This document shows, piece after piece, positions 47,743-57,904 of a stretch of 64,000 nt of DNA. The stretch spans positions 64,001 through 128,000 of the forward strand of contig CAXXVO010000017.1 in the NCBI GenBank assembly GCA_963422645.2, in the 5' to 3' direction. Below the pieces are notes generated by a model, which searched no databases, was not told where the DNA came from, and saw only the letters and a program-made list of their open reading frames with translations. How positions within the stretch are numbered: the stretch's first letter is position 1; each line of letters starts with the position of its first letter. Made by a program: the position numbers and the translations under genes. This DNA is from Alphaproteobacteria bacterium. GTDB lineage: Bacteria > Pseudomonadota > Alphaproteobacteria > UBA828.

Positions 47743-47824
47743 TATCGGGAAGGCGCGGCGAGTCCGGATCGGACGGCTTCGGGTCGGGCCATCGTTTGCA
47801 GGACTCACGGCTGAGAAAGACGCC

Positions 47825-48162
47825 ATGGACGTGACGACGGAGCGGAAGGACGGCGTGGTATCGGTGCGGGTGGAAGGCCGCATCGACGGCTCCACCGCGC
47901 GCGCGTTTCATGAGGCGATCGAAACCCAGATCGCCGACAGCGATCGCGCCGTGATCGTGGACTGCGAAGAGCTGAGCTACATCGGCAGTGCGGGTCTTCG
48001 TACCGTACTCTCGATTGCCAAGACCCTATCGAACCGGGACACGCGGTTTGCGCTCTACTCGCTTTCGGAACCGGTCCAGAAGGTCTTTGAGAAGATCGGT
48101 TTCGACACGATCATCACGATTCGTCCGTCACAGGCCGAAGCACTCGCTGCCGTCGAGGTCTG
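47825..48162 (+). CDS. STAS-domain anti-sigma-factor antagonist
   Basis: 'VEGRID', 'LSYIGSAGLR' (phospho-Ser motif), 'VFEKIGF'. Confidence 0.88.
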
Positions 48163-48182
48163 ACCGCACTGGCCAGTCGGGA

Positions 48183-49124
48183 CTAGCCGACCGCTTTTCG
48201 CGCTTCCTCCGTGAGCGCCTTGCCGGCGCTCGACGCGGCCTCTGCCAGCAGATCGATCCACGGTTGACCATGGGCCGCGACGCGATGGGTGAGGCCGATC
48301 CGCCGTGAGGGCTCAGGCGCGGCAAAGCGGAGAAAACTCAGGTCAGGGACGGCCGCGCGTTCGGACAGCGCAGCGGTTTCCGGAAGGAGCGTCAGCCCCG
48401 CGCCGCTTGCCGCGAGCCTCGATAGTGTGGCGAGCGATTCGGCGCCGCGGCGAACCTCTTGCATGCGCCACATCAAGCACGCGCCCAAGACCTGGTCTGC
48501 CAGGCAATGACCGTCGCCCAGCGTGAGAAGCGGCCCGATATCGGCCCGGGCCAGATCCGCAGGTCCCAGTTCGTCGCTGAGTGTGCGGCGGATCGAGACG
48601 AGACGCTCGGTGCGACCGGCGAGCACGAGGCGGTCCTCGAAGAGCTCTCGCTCGGGCAGCTCCAGCATGCCGAGTGGGAGCGAGACGATGGCTGCGTCAA
48701 GGCGACCGGCCAGGAGACTGGACACAAGAACCTGGCCCGGCGCCTCCGCGATATCGAGCTCGACGCGGGGCGAGGCATCGTGCAAGTAGGTCAGGATTCC
48801 TGGAAGCAGGTAGGGCGCAAGCGTGGAGACGATCCCGACGGCGACCCTGAGCGGACCGGCCTCGTATCGCTGCCCTATCGTCTCCAGCAGCAGTGTCTCG
48901 TCCAGAATCCTGAGCGTCTGCTCGTGCGCCTCTCGGCCGAGCGGCGTGAGGAGAACGCCGCGGCTCTCGCGCTCTACCAGCGGCCCGCCGAGCGAGGCCT
49001 CGAGCTCGCGGATCTGGAGCGAAAGCGCGGGCTGAGAGACGTGGACGCTCTCGGCCGCGCGGCTGAAGGAGCCGTGCTCGATCAAGGCCTGAAAGTAGCG
49101 CAACTGACGCAAGGTAACGGGCAT
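48183..49124 (-). CDS. OxyR-like LysR regulator
   Basis: LysR HTH and 'GHCLADQVLGAC', with two Cys nine residues apart as in OxyR. Confidence 0.8.
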   Translation of the reverse strand: MPVTLRQLRYFQALIEHGSFSRAAESVHVSQPALSLQIRELEASLGGPLVERESRGVLLTPLGREAHEQTLRILDETLLLETIGQRYEAGPLRVAVGIVSTLAPYLLPGILTYLHDASPRVELDIAEAPGQVLVSSLLAGRLDAAIVSLPLGMLELPERELFEDRLVLAGRTERLVSIRRTLSDELGPADLARADIGPLLTLGDGHCLADQVLGACLMWRMQEVRRGAESLATLSRLAASGAGLTLLPETAALSERAAVPDLSFLRFAAPEPSRRIGLTHRVAAHGQPWIDLLAEAASSAGKALTEEARKAVG

Positions 49125-49842
49125 GGTCGGTCCTTGTGGGCGCGATCGCGGCGATGCAAGTGTGCGCGCCGCGCTATGCCAGAGAGCCTGTGCGTGGTCG
49201 GCGAGGCCGCAAGACAGCAGCCGGTGCCGCGCACCCAGGCTTAGCGTGTCTTAATCGGCCCCGTGAAGCCCTGCTGCGGTTGGGAGATGGATCGGTCGCC
49301 GGCCCGGGCAGTCCGCTGGCCCTCCGCTTGTGGCCGGAGCGGGGCCGGAGCCGTTTCCCATCCGCCTCAGGTCATGGCGTCGAACGATCGGCCGTGGCGC
49401 CCGGGTCCCATACGGTCGCAGGACGCACTTGGACAAGTGGCATTGTCCTTAGGTCTAGCAAGACAGCCAGGCAGATCCGTTAAGAAAGAGCCGGGACTTC
49501 AGCCGCCGGTGGCATACGTGGTCTCTTCTTCCGTCGACTGGCGCTGATTGGGCTTCGTCGCCCGATCGCGCCGACGGCTCCTTCCGCTTCGGTATCGCCG
49601 ATCGCCTTCACCCTCGCTGCCCTTACGGGAGCACCTTCTCCTCTTCGCTCATAGCAGTTTCCTCCCTGTGTCGTAGTGTCTGATACTCGCTAGGCTGACA
49701 CCTGTTATCCAAAACCGGCTCCACGCTGCACATCGTCCCTCATGGCAGCGTGGGAGAGCAATCTTCAATGCCCGATTCTTCGTCAACCAAAAGATTTCAC
49801 CTGTTCGTCGCGCTGCTCGCAGTGCAGCACACTTGATTATCG

Positions 49843-51828
49843 TTAGCCGGTCGCACCATCATCCATCGCACCATCATAGCGTAGCACAACGCAAGTGATA
49901 TCGTCAGACTGCTCCGCCTCGCCGACGAACTTAACCACCGCACTGGTGACATTCTCAAGCACTGAATCGACAGGCAAGTCGCGGGCTTCGGCCAAAACCA
50001 CCTCCAGACGCGCCTCGGTGAACTCCTCGTGATTAACATTCATGGCTTCGGTAATGCCGTCCGTGTAGAGGAACATCGTGTCTCCGGGCGCCAGTGTCAT
50101 CGCGTCTTCGTCGTAGGGCATTCCAGGCATGACGCCCACGGCCATGCCTCCTGTCATCGGCAGAGGCGAGACATCGCCGGGGTGCTTGACGACAAACGGC
50201 GGGTTGTGCCCGGCATTGGCATAGACGAACTCGCCTGTGTCGGGATCCAGAATTCCGTAGAAGAGGGTCACGAACAGATCCTGAGGGTTTTGCTCGCAGA
50301 TGGCGTCGTTGACCTCCTGCAGACAGGGGCCCGGGTTAGGGTGCCGCGCAGCGGCGGCGCGCATGACCGTCCGTGCGATCGCCATGAAGAATGCCGCGGG
50401 TACCCCTTTGCCCGAAACATCTGCCATCACCACGCTGAGACGACCATCGTCCAAAGTGAAGAAGTCGTAGAAGTCGCCGCCCATCTCACGTGCGGGAGTC
50501 ATGACCGCGTGTCCTGAATAAGTCGGATATTCCGGCATCGTCTTGGGCAAGATCGCACCCTGCAGGGCGTGCGCGATCTTGAGCTCCGATTCCATCCGCT
50601 CCTTGGCTTTTTCCAACTGCGCGTTCGACGCCTCTAGTTCGCGGGTGCGGGCGCGGACCATGCTTTCCAGATATTCCTCGCGCGCCTGAACTTGGCGCAC
50701 CATGTTTTGAAACACACGGACAAGTGTGCCGAGCTCGTCCCGCCGGACGGCGACGGAGTCCAGCGTCTCCGGGGCGAAACTTAGCGTATCGGTGTCCACC
50801 TCCGCTGCGGCTGTGGTCAACGCCGTGACCGGCTGCACGATGCGGCGCGCGGAGACTGCTGCGATGATGGAGCCGATGGCGAAGGCTGCTGCGGCTACGA
50901 TCAGACCGTACTTGATGTGGTCCTCAAAGAGCTGATCCAGATGATCCCGCTGCATGTGGATCACTGCAGCGCCCGTGGCGACGCCGCCGCGATCGAGGAT
51001 GGGCGCCGCGACATGGAGAGCGTTTTCGCCGAGATACGATTCCGCGCCGTCGACGCCAAGAACGCGTGTGGCAAGATCCTGGTCGTCCGCAGACAGCGCC
51101 GCGTCGTCCTCGGAGCCGTTCCTACCCTCGAAAGTGGCCATGCCGATGAGGTGGAGAAGGTCGTTGACCACCCAGATCGAGCGAATCGCCTCGCGCCCGG
51201 CCAGCGAGTCCAGCGCCGCCCCGATGCCGATGACGTCGCCGGGGCCGCCGGTCTCGGCTGCCAGCGTGCCGACCAGCACGGTCTCTCGTGTGCCGGCGCG
51301 AACGCCGACGTACCTGATCGGCTTTTCCCACCCCATTGGAGGGACCGACTTAAAGGAGACAGAGAAACGTCGACCCGATACCAGCGCCTCCACGACACGG
51401 GAATCGATTCCGGCGGACGCCAGATCCAGCGCACCGCTCTCGCTGAGGCCACCGACAGCGCGCACCAGCGGCCGACCCGTTTCGCCCAGCAGCCAGATGT
51501 CGTCGACGGCGCTGTCCGCCGTCAACTTGGCGAAATAAATGCCGAGGGTATTCCTGCTCTCCCCCTCATGTGAGTGCTCGTCCAGATGACGAGCGATGGC
51601 CAGAGCCTGCGCTTCCATCTGCGTGACGATCATGCGGTCGATTTCGTCGGCGGTGTGCTCCGCCCGGTTGGCCTCACTAGCGATGAGCCCGGCGACAAGC
51701 AACGCCTGGTCTTCGGCCTGCTCGATCAGTGCGTCGCGCGCGAGAAATCCCATCGCCAGCGCGACACCGACAATCGCCACGCCGACGGACGCCGCAACCG
51801 TGATGATCAAGCGTCTGGAAAGGGTCAA
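49843..51828 (-). CDS. Membrane sensor with HAMP and SpoIIE/PP2C phosphatase domains
   Basis: Two TM segments around a large extracytoplasmic region, 'RRDELG', 'GGDFYD', 'ADVSGKG', 'YTDGITE', 'DDIT'. Confidence 0.92.
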   Translation of the reverse strand: MTLSRRLIITVAASVGVAIVGVALAMGFLARDALIEQAEDQALLVAGLIASEANRAEHTADEIDRMIVTQMEAQALAIARHLDEHSHEGESRNTLGIYFAKLTADSAVDDIWLLGETGRPLVRAVGGLSESGALDLASAGIDSRVVEALVSGRRFSVSFKSVPPMGWEKPIRYVGVRAGTRETVLVGTLAAETGGPGDVIGIGAALDSLAGREAIRSIWVVNDLLHLIGMATFEGRNGSEDDAALSADDQDLATRVLGVDGAESYLGENALHVAAPILDRGGVATGAAVIHMQRDHLDQLFEDHIKYGLIVAAAAFAIGSIIAAVSARRIVQPVTALTTAAAEVDTDTLSFAPETLDSVAVRRDELGTLVRVFQNMVRQVQAREEYLESMVRARTRELEASNAQLEKAKERMESELKIAHALQGAILPKTMPEYPTYSGHAVMTPAREMGGDFYDFFTLDDGRLSVVMADVSGKGVPAAFFMAIARTVMRAAAARHPNPGPCLQEVNDAICEQNPQDLFVTLFYGILDPDTGEFVYANAGHNPPFVVKHPGDVSPLPMTGGMAVGVMPGMPYDEDAMTLAPGDTMFLYTDGITEAMNVNHEEFTEARLEVVLAEARDLPVDSVLENVTSAVVKFVGEAEQSDDITCVVLRYDGAMDDGATG

Positions 51829-51883
51829 CGGCGATATCCCGCCGTGGCGTACGACCGAAGCCGGTGCCCGGCGCGGGGTGCCC

Positions 51884-52561
51884 TCACGGCAGCGGCCCGC
51901 CGGTAAGGTCGGTGGCCTCCTCCAGCGGACGATAGACGCGCCGCTTGATGTGCCTGCTGAGCCGATTCATTCCGAACGTCAATAGAAGGCTGAACCCGAG
52001 GAACCAGATCATAGCCCAAAGATAAACCCAGAGCGCGAGCCCCACCTCATCGACCGCGCCGATAACCGTGTCTGCCCGACGCACGAGCTCGGGCACGCCG
52101 ATCACCGAGGCCGTGCTGGAGGCCATGACGATGATCAGGAAATAGCTGGTCCAGGCCGGAACGAACAACAGCGCCTCCGCCATCTCATGGCGGCGTAGAT
52201 GTCGTATGGCCGCGAGCGCGTTGTCGGACACGTAGCCGGCAACGGCGATGCCCAGCGCGAGTGCCGCCTTGATCCAGGCCGGGAAGGTTGCGGCAGCACC
52301 GAAGAGCGTGAACTCGGTGGGAATGATGTAGGCGAGGTAGAAGAGCATGACGAAGGTCGGCGCATTGCGCGCGAGCGTCGTCACCGCGCCTCCGCTGTGC
52401 CTCACGCCCCAGTGAGAGCCGCCCCGCAGCAGAGCCAGCACCAGACCGACGATGGTGCCGACGGCCATGGCGAAGAGGGAGACGATGATGTTCCAGCCGA
52501 AGCCTTCCGCCAGATAGGGCGACCATGCCCACAGGACGTCGACTGTCTCCTGCGCGGTCAT
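51884..52561 (-). CDS. Polar amino-acid ABC permease-like protein (EAA loop deleted)
   Basis: 'RNAPTFV', 'ASVIGVPEL'; the segment that normally carries EAA-x3-G is shortened. Confidence 0.8.
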   Translation of the reverse strand: MTAQETVDVLWAWSPYLAEGFGWNIIVSLFAMAVGTIVGLVLALLRGGSHWGVRHSGGAVTTLARNAPTFVMLFYLAYIIPTEFTLFGAAATFPAWIKAALALGIAVAGYVSDNALAAIRHLRRHEMAEALLFVPAWTSYFLIIVMASSTASVIGVPELVRRADTVIGAVDEVGLALWVYLWAMIWFLGFSLLLTFGMNRLSRHIKRRVYRPLEEATDLTGGPLP

Positions 52562-54159
52562 AGCGTGGCGGCCTTGCCTCGCTCGAAGCGCCGGAAGAGC
52601 TGGACCGTGATGATGACCAGAACGAAGTAACTGATCAGCAGCAGGTTCATCATCACGTCAGCATTGCCCTTCTCGGCCACGATCGACGTGCTGGCGTGGA
52701 CCAGCTCCGGCAGAGCGAGCGTGCTGGCCATCCCGGTGGCCTTAACGATGTTGGCGGAGTTGCCCATCACCGCGGCGTAGCAGAGCACCAACGCTCGCTG
52801 CACATCCCGCGGCGTAAATCGGAGCTTGCGCCCGCCCGCCGCGGCAACATCCGCCGCCAGCGAGAATGCGATCGCATTGCTCGATGCCGCGTAAAGCGAC
52901 AGCACCACCGCAGCGACCAGGAACGCATCGACGGTGAAGCCCACAGCCAGCAGCACGCCGCCCAGACCGAAGAACACGATATAGAGCTGGAGCAATGGGG
53001 GCGTCATGCGCATGAACTCGCTGAACGCCCGCAGGAAGTGGCTCACTCCCAGCACTCGCCGGTGCATCAGCCATCCGAACACGACGCCTAGGACGACGCT
53101 GCCGACCACCGTGATCAGAGACAGCAGCGCCGTTAGCCCCAAACCATAGAGGAATACGTCTCGGTCGAGCGGGTCGTACAGAATGCTGATGTCGAGGCCC
53201 GTCACCTCCATGATTGTCAGCGAGAAGCCCGAGAGGCCGCCGATGCCGCTGCCGGTGACGAGGGCGACCTCGCGGCATCCCAGTGGCCATTGACCCTGCT
53301 CGTTGCGCCGGCATTTCAGTTCGCCGGTCTCGTCGACCTCCTGCCAGGTAGTGCGCGCGTCCCGCAGGAACGGAGACGGCGGCAGGCCCCACTTCTTTTC
53401 CAGCGACTGCAGAAAGCCGTCGCGATGCCATTGCGCCACCGTATTGCCCATCAGCTGGTCGAGCGGGCCGCCGCCTTCCTCCTTGGCGATGGCGACGGCC
53501 CAGGGCAGCACGAAGCGAGTCGGCAGCGAGACGCTGAAGCCGTCCCACTCGCCGCTCTCGATCTCGTGGAGAAGGAGGACCTCGTCGTAGATCCAGCCGA
53601 CGCAACGCTCGTCGCGCAACGTCTGGCCGGCCTCGCGGGTGCTTTTGTGCGCGGTCACGTCGAGCAGCAGCCGCTGCTTGGCCAGCCGGTTCCATAGCGA
53701 GCCCTGAAGACCGCAGACGGTGTGCCCGCGCAGGTCGGCCCAGGTGCCGATCCTGGCGCTATCGCGCAGCAACACGTTTGCGCCGTCGCCGTAGTACTGC
53801 GGCTCGATCATGGTGACTAGCTCGCGGCGGCTGCGGGTGTCGCCCATGGTGGCGGCGACGATGTCGATCTCGCCCCGCTGCACCATCTGCAGCCGGTTGG
53901 CGCTGGTCACCGGAACCAGCTCGACGTCGACGCCGATGGACTCTGCGAAGCCCCGCGCCACGTCCACGTCGTAGCCCACGAGCGTGCCTTCGGCATTGCG
54001 GAAGCCGAAGGGCGCGTAGTCCTCCTTGACGCCGACGATGACGTGGCCGCGGTCCTGTATCTCTTGCAGCCGGTCGGCGAGCGCAGGAGCGGCCACGCCT
54101 GCCCAAGCGGTGAGCAAGACCGCGAGAAGAAGCCACCACTTGGGAAGTCGCCGCTTCAT
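52558..54159 (-). CDS. Family-3 substrate-binding protein fused to an ABC permease
   Basis: 'DYAPFGF...GYDVD', 'TRSRRE', then a permease part with 'RMTPPLLQL'. Confidence 0.82.
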   Translation of the reverse strand: MKRRLPKWWLLLAVLLTAWAGVAAPALADRLQEIQDRGHVIVGVKEDYAPFGFRNAEGTLVGYDVDVARGFAESIGVDVELVPVTSANRLQMVQRGEIDIVAATMGDTRSRRELVTMIEPQYYGDGANVLLRDSARIGTWADLRGHTVCGLQGSLWNRLAKQRLLLDVTAHKSTREAGQTLRDERCVGWIYDEVLLLHEIESGEWDGFSVSLPTRFVLPWAVAIAKEEGGGPLDQLMGNTVAQWHRDGFLQSLEKKWGLPPSPFLRDARTTWQEVDETGELKCRRNEQGQWPLGCREVALVTGSGIGGLSGFSLTIMEVTGLDISILYDPLDRDVFLYGLGLTALLSLITVVGSVVLGVVFGWLMHRRVLGVSHFLRAFSEFMRMTPPLLQLYIVFFGLGGVLLAVGFTVDAFLVAAVVLSLYAASSNAIAFSLAADVAAAGGRKLRFTPRDVQRALVLCYAAVMGNSANIVKATGMASTLALPELVHASTSIVAEKGNADVMMNLLLISYFVLVIITVQLFRRFERGKAATL

Positions 54160-54620
54160 GCGCCCACGCGCGGGCGCCATGCCCCCGGCCCGGGAATTGA
54201 AGAGTCGATGGAAAGGCCGCCGTGCCTGGCTACCTCCCGGATGGCGAGGAGCGGCTCGGGCGCGCCCGCGCATCACCCTGTCCGCGCCGAGGCGGAATCC
54301 ACCATAGAGGCCCGGCGAGACGCCATGACCGCAGCGCATAAGGTGTCGATGATCGTCGCGCAAATCATCGTGCCAACCCGATTTGACGTAGCCGGGCGGG
54401 GATCAGCGGAAAGGACCCTGGCCCTCCCGGCCTTTGCCGCGGAGCCGCTAGCCGCAGCGACTCGAAAGCCTATCCGATATGTCAACGAGGCGAAATAGAG
54501 TATCGTTCCGTGAGGGAAGAGTTAGTTTCTGGTGTCGCTCCTTCGGTGCCTGCGCGGCGCGGCGTGCTTGAGCGGGGCGCCGAAATCTGCGGGGACCGGC
54601 AACAGGCTTTTGAGGGAAGA

Positions 54621-55565
54621 ATGACCGGCTTCGGTGATCGTCGATATCTCTCTCGGCCGCGCCACCTGGCACTAATTCGGTGCGCGGGCCTTGTGATTAC
54701 GCTTATCGCCCTGACGCTGGCCTCGCCGCGCCTCGCGCCGCCAGCACAGGCCGCGGCTGACGGCGTCCTCGCCAAGATCGAGGCCGGAGGGGTCATTCGT
54801 GCCGGCACCAGGGCGAGCGCGCCGCCCTTCGCGCGGAAGCTGGAAACAGGCGGGTTCGAGGGCTTCTCGGTCGATCTGCTGGAGGCCATCCGGGCCTCTG
54901 CGGAGGAGAAGGTCGGCCGGCCGGTCACGCTGGACATTCAGGAAGTAACGCCCGCAGACCGGCTGGAACGGGTTGCCGCAGGCGAGCTCGACATCGTCTG
55001 CGGCATCACGACGCCGACCTGGGATCGGGAGGTGCTGGTCGACTTCTCGGTGCCCTTCTTCCGCGACGGCACGCGCATTCTGATTTACCGGGAGAAAGCC
55101 ACCGGCGGCGTGGACCTCGGAAAGCTGGATATCGGGGTGGTCGAGGGCACGACCACCGTGACAATCGTCCAGGACCAGCTGCCCACGGCGAACCTGCACC
55201 TCTTCCCCTCGATGAAGGATGCCATGTCCGCACTTGCGGCAGGCGAGGTGAGCGGCGTCGCCAACATCGGCATCACGCTTCTGGGGCTCGCGGCGAAGGC
55301 GGAGCCGCGCCGCAGCGTGGTCTTGCTCCCGCGCACCTTCGCGCTCGCCATGGAAACGTTGGCCTGCGTAGTGCCGCAAGACGACAGTCCCTGGCGCGAC
55401 GTCGTCAACCGGGTCCTCATCGACATGTTCTCCGGGGTCAAGGACTCCAACAGCCGCTACGACGAGATTTACGAGCGCTGGTTCGGGCGCGACAGTGAGA
55501 TTTTCTATCCTCTCGACCGGGCCAACCGGAACTACTTGAGCACCGTATCCATCTGGGCGCGCTGA
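54621..55565 (+). CDS. Family-3 (glutamate/aspartate-type) substrate-binding protein
   Basis: 'PPF...GFSVDL', 'DIVCG.TT.T..RE..VDFS.PFF', 'GTTT'. Confidence 0.88.
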   Translation: MTGFGDRRYLSRPRHLALIRCAGLVITLIALTLASPRLAPPAQAAADGVLAKIEAGGVIRAGTRASAPPFARKLETGGFEGFSVDLLEAIRASAEEKVGRPVTLDIQEVTPADRLERVAAGELDIVCGITTPTWDREVLVDFSVPFFRDGTRILIYREKATGGVDLGKLDIGVVEGTTTVTIVQDQLPTANLHLFPSMKDAMSALAAGEVSGVANIGITLLGLAAKAEPRRSVVLLPRTFALAMETLACVVPQDDSPWRDVVNRVLIDMFSGVKDSNSRYDEIYERWFGRDSEIFYPLDRANRNYLSTVSIWAR

Positions 55566-55655
55566 GGTCTCGGCAAGAATCGCAGGCCCCACACCGGGCG
55601 CCCCCGAGAAGACGACGCAAGCGCTGCGCGCCGCGCCACTGAAGACCTACGTTCG

Positions 55656-55678
55656 GATATGCTATAGTGTAACCTGTC
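55656..55678. promoter_or_regulatory. Zur box
   Basis: GATATGCTATAGTGTAACCTGTC matches 17/22 defined positions of the proteobacterial consensus GAAATGTTATA-N-TATAACATTTC; directly upstream of zur-znuCB. Confidence 0.75.
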
Positions 55679-55724
55679 GCGTTCGCCGCACGACGCTGGT
55701 TCCGGCGGCGAGAACGAGGAACGA

Positions 55725-56231
55725 ATGAAGAGCCCGCAAGGCGATGAGCCGGCCTTCCTCGAAGGCGGGCACAAGCATCAGAGTTGTATCGAGGGCGCGC
55801 TTGCCCGCGCCGATGAAGTGTGCCGCGAGCGCGGCGCCCGGCTCACTCCGCTGCGGCGCAGGGTCCTTGAGCTGGTCTGGGGCAGCCATCGGGCGATCAA
55901 GGCCTACGACCTGCTCGCCGCATTAAGTGATGGGGAGGGCGCGGCGAGGCCGCCGACGGTCTATCGCACCCTCGAGTTCCTGATGGCCCAGGGCCTGGTT
56001 CACCGCATCGACAGTCTCAACGCCTTCGTCGGCTGCCCTCAGCCCGACCGCCGCCACAGCGCCCAGTTTCTCATCTGCGGGGACTGCGGCGACGTGTCGG
56101 AGATGAATGCGGCCAGCATCGATCGCGCCGTCGCGGATCAGGCGGCCGGCTCCGGCTTCGCGCTCTCGCGCAAGATCATCGAATTGCACGGCAAGTGTCC
56201 GCGCTGCACGACGCTTCCGCAGACCCCCTGA
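55725..56231 (+). CDS. zur: Zinc uptake regulator (Fur family)
   Basis: 'PPTVYRTL', two CxxC motifs; precedes znuCB. Confidence 0.92.
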   Translation: MKSPQGDEPAFLEGGHKHQSCIEGALARADEVCRERGARLTPLRRRVLELVWGSHRAIKAYDLLAALSDGEGAARPPTVYRTLEFLMAQGLVHRIDSLNAFVGCPQPDRRHSAQFLICGDCGDVSEMNAASIDRAVADQAAGSGFALSRKIIELHGKCPRCTTLPQTP

Positions 56232-57034
56232 CCCCCCGGCCGCACGCCGCCGCCGAGCCGCCGCTCGCTTCGGGCCGCGACCTGGTGGTGCGCTACGGCG
56301 GGCGCACCGTGCTGGACCGGGTCTCGATCGAGGTCCGCCGCCGCGAGGTGGTGAGCGTGATCGGACCCAACGGAGCCGGCAAAACGACCGCCGTGCGCGC
56401 GTTGCTCGGACTGATCAAGCCAAATGCGGGTGTCGTTGAGCGTGCGCCGGGCGTCGTGGTGGGCTACGTGCCCCAGCGCATCGCACCGGAATCACTTCTG
56501 CCGCTCACCGTGCGCCGCTTTCTGTCCATGGCGGGGCGTCGGGCCCGCGCCCATGCCGCCGCGGTGCTGGACGAGGTGGGCACCGGGGCGGTGATCGACC
56601 GTCAGCTCAGCGGGCTTTCCGGCGGCGAGTTCAGGCGCGTCCTGCTCGCCCGCGCGCTGCTGCGAGACCCCGACCTGCTGGTGCTCGACGAGCCGATCCA
56701 GCAGGTCGACTTCGCAGGCCAGCTGGCCATGCACCAATTGATCGGCCGCCTGCGGGATCGGCGCGGCTGCGGCGTGCTGATCGTCTCCCATGACCTGCAC
56801 CTCGTGTTGGGCGCGACCGACCGCGTGGTGTGCATCAACGGGCACGTCTGCTGCGCCGGCGAGCCGGAGGCGGTGAGCCGACACCCTGAGTACATTTCGC
56901 TGTTCGGCCCGCGTGCCGCAGCTGGGCTCGCGGTCTACACCCATGACCACGACCACAGTCACGGCCTGCCCGCCGCACTTTCGCCTGTCGATACCGACTC
57001 ACCCGAGGCGGGATCGACAGGCGAGCACAACTGA
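56195..57034 (+). CDS. znuC: Zinc ABC transporter ATPase (start uncertain)
   Basis: 'GPNGAGKT', 'LSGGE', 'SHDL', 'HVCCAG', His-rich tail. Confidence 0.9.
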   Translation: MSALHDASADPLTPRPHAAAEPPLASGRDLVVRYGGRTVLDRVSIEVRRREVVSVIGPNGAGKTTAVRALLGLIKPNAGVVERAPGVVVGYVPQRIAPESLLPLTVRRFLSMAGRRARAHAAAVLDEVGTGAVIDRQLSGLSGGEFRRVLLARALLRDPDLLVLDEPIQQVDFAGQLAMHQLIGRLRDRRGCGVLIVSHDLHLVLGATDRVVCINGHVCCAGEPEAVSRHPEYISLFGPRAAAGLAVYTHDHDHSHGLPAALSPVDTDSPEAGSTGEHN

Positions 57035-57041
57035 GCGCACG

Positions 57042-57875
57042 GTGTTCGACGACTTCTTCGCGCGCGCGCTCGCGGGCGGCATCGGCATCGCGCTCGCTAC
57101 GGGACCGCTCGGCTGCTTCATGGTGTGGCGGCGCATGGCCTATTTCGGCGATTCGGTGGCCCACAGCGCGCTGCTGGGCGTCTTGCTCGGCGTCGGCCTG
57201 GGTATCGACCTCAACGCCGGCATCGTCCTCATGTGCATCGCGCTTGCCCTGCTGCTGCTCCTGCTCCAGCAGCAGCAGCGGCTGGCCACCGACACGCTCC
57301 TCGGCATCCTCGCGCACGGCGGTCTGGCCCTCGGCCTCGTCGGGATCAGCTTCCTGGAAAACGTGCGCGTGGACCTGATGAGCCTCCTGTTCGGCGACAT
57401 CCTGGCCGTCAGCGGCAGCGACCTGATCTGGATCTACGGCGGCGCCGGCGCCGTGCTGGCGGCGACGGTGTTGATCTGGCGGCCGCTGCTGGCCGTTACA
57501 GTCCACGAGGAGCTGGCCCGGGCGGAAGGCGTGCGTGTCGGCCTCGTCCGCATCGCCTTCACCCTCTTGATCGCGCTGGCGGTCGCCGTTGCCATGAAGA
57601 TCATCGGCCTGATTCTGATCGTGGCGCTGCTGATCATCCCGGCGGCGACGGCGCGACGGCTCGCGCGCTCACCGGAGCAGATGGCGCTGCTCGCGAGCGC
57701 GACCGGGGCGGTGGCGGTGGCTGGCGGGCTGCACGGCTCCCTCGCCTGGGATACGCCGTCGGGCCCGTCGATCGTGGTCGCGGCGCTCGCGCTCTTCGCG
57801 CTCTGCCATGGCGGCGCCGCGCTGGCCTCGGTCTTCAGCGGACGGGTCGTTGATTCGGCGCGGGCGGAGCACTAG
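57042..57875 (+). CDS. znuB: Zinc ABC transporter permease
   Basis: 'RRMAYFGDSVAH', 'LFGDIL', 'TPSGPSIV'. Confidence 0.93.
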   Translation: MFDDFFARALAGGIGIALATGPLGCFMVWRRMAYFGDSVAHSALLGVLLGVGLGIDLNAGIVLMCIALALLLLLLQQQQRLATDTLLGILAHGGLALGLVGISFLENVRVDLMSLLFGDILAVSGSDLIWIYGGAGAVLAATVLIWRPLLAVTVHEELARAEGVRVGLVRIAFTLLIALAVAVAMKIIGLILIVALLIIPAATARRLARSPEQMALLASATGAVAVAGGLHGSLAWDTPSGPSIVVAALALFALCHGGAALASVFSGRVVDSARAEH

Positions 57876-57904
57876 TTTCGCGCATTCGTGCAAGGAGACG
57901 GCAA

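Noticed and set aside
49450-49670. Strong RBS plus MSEEEKVLP* upstream of the OxyR-like gene, possibly a decayed katG start
   Set aside because: Only a PNQ tripeptide and a vague N-terminal likeness; not enough to call.
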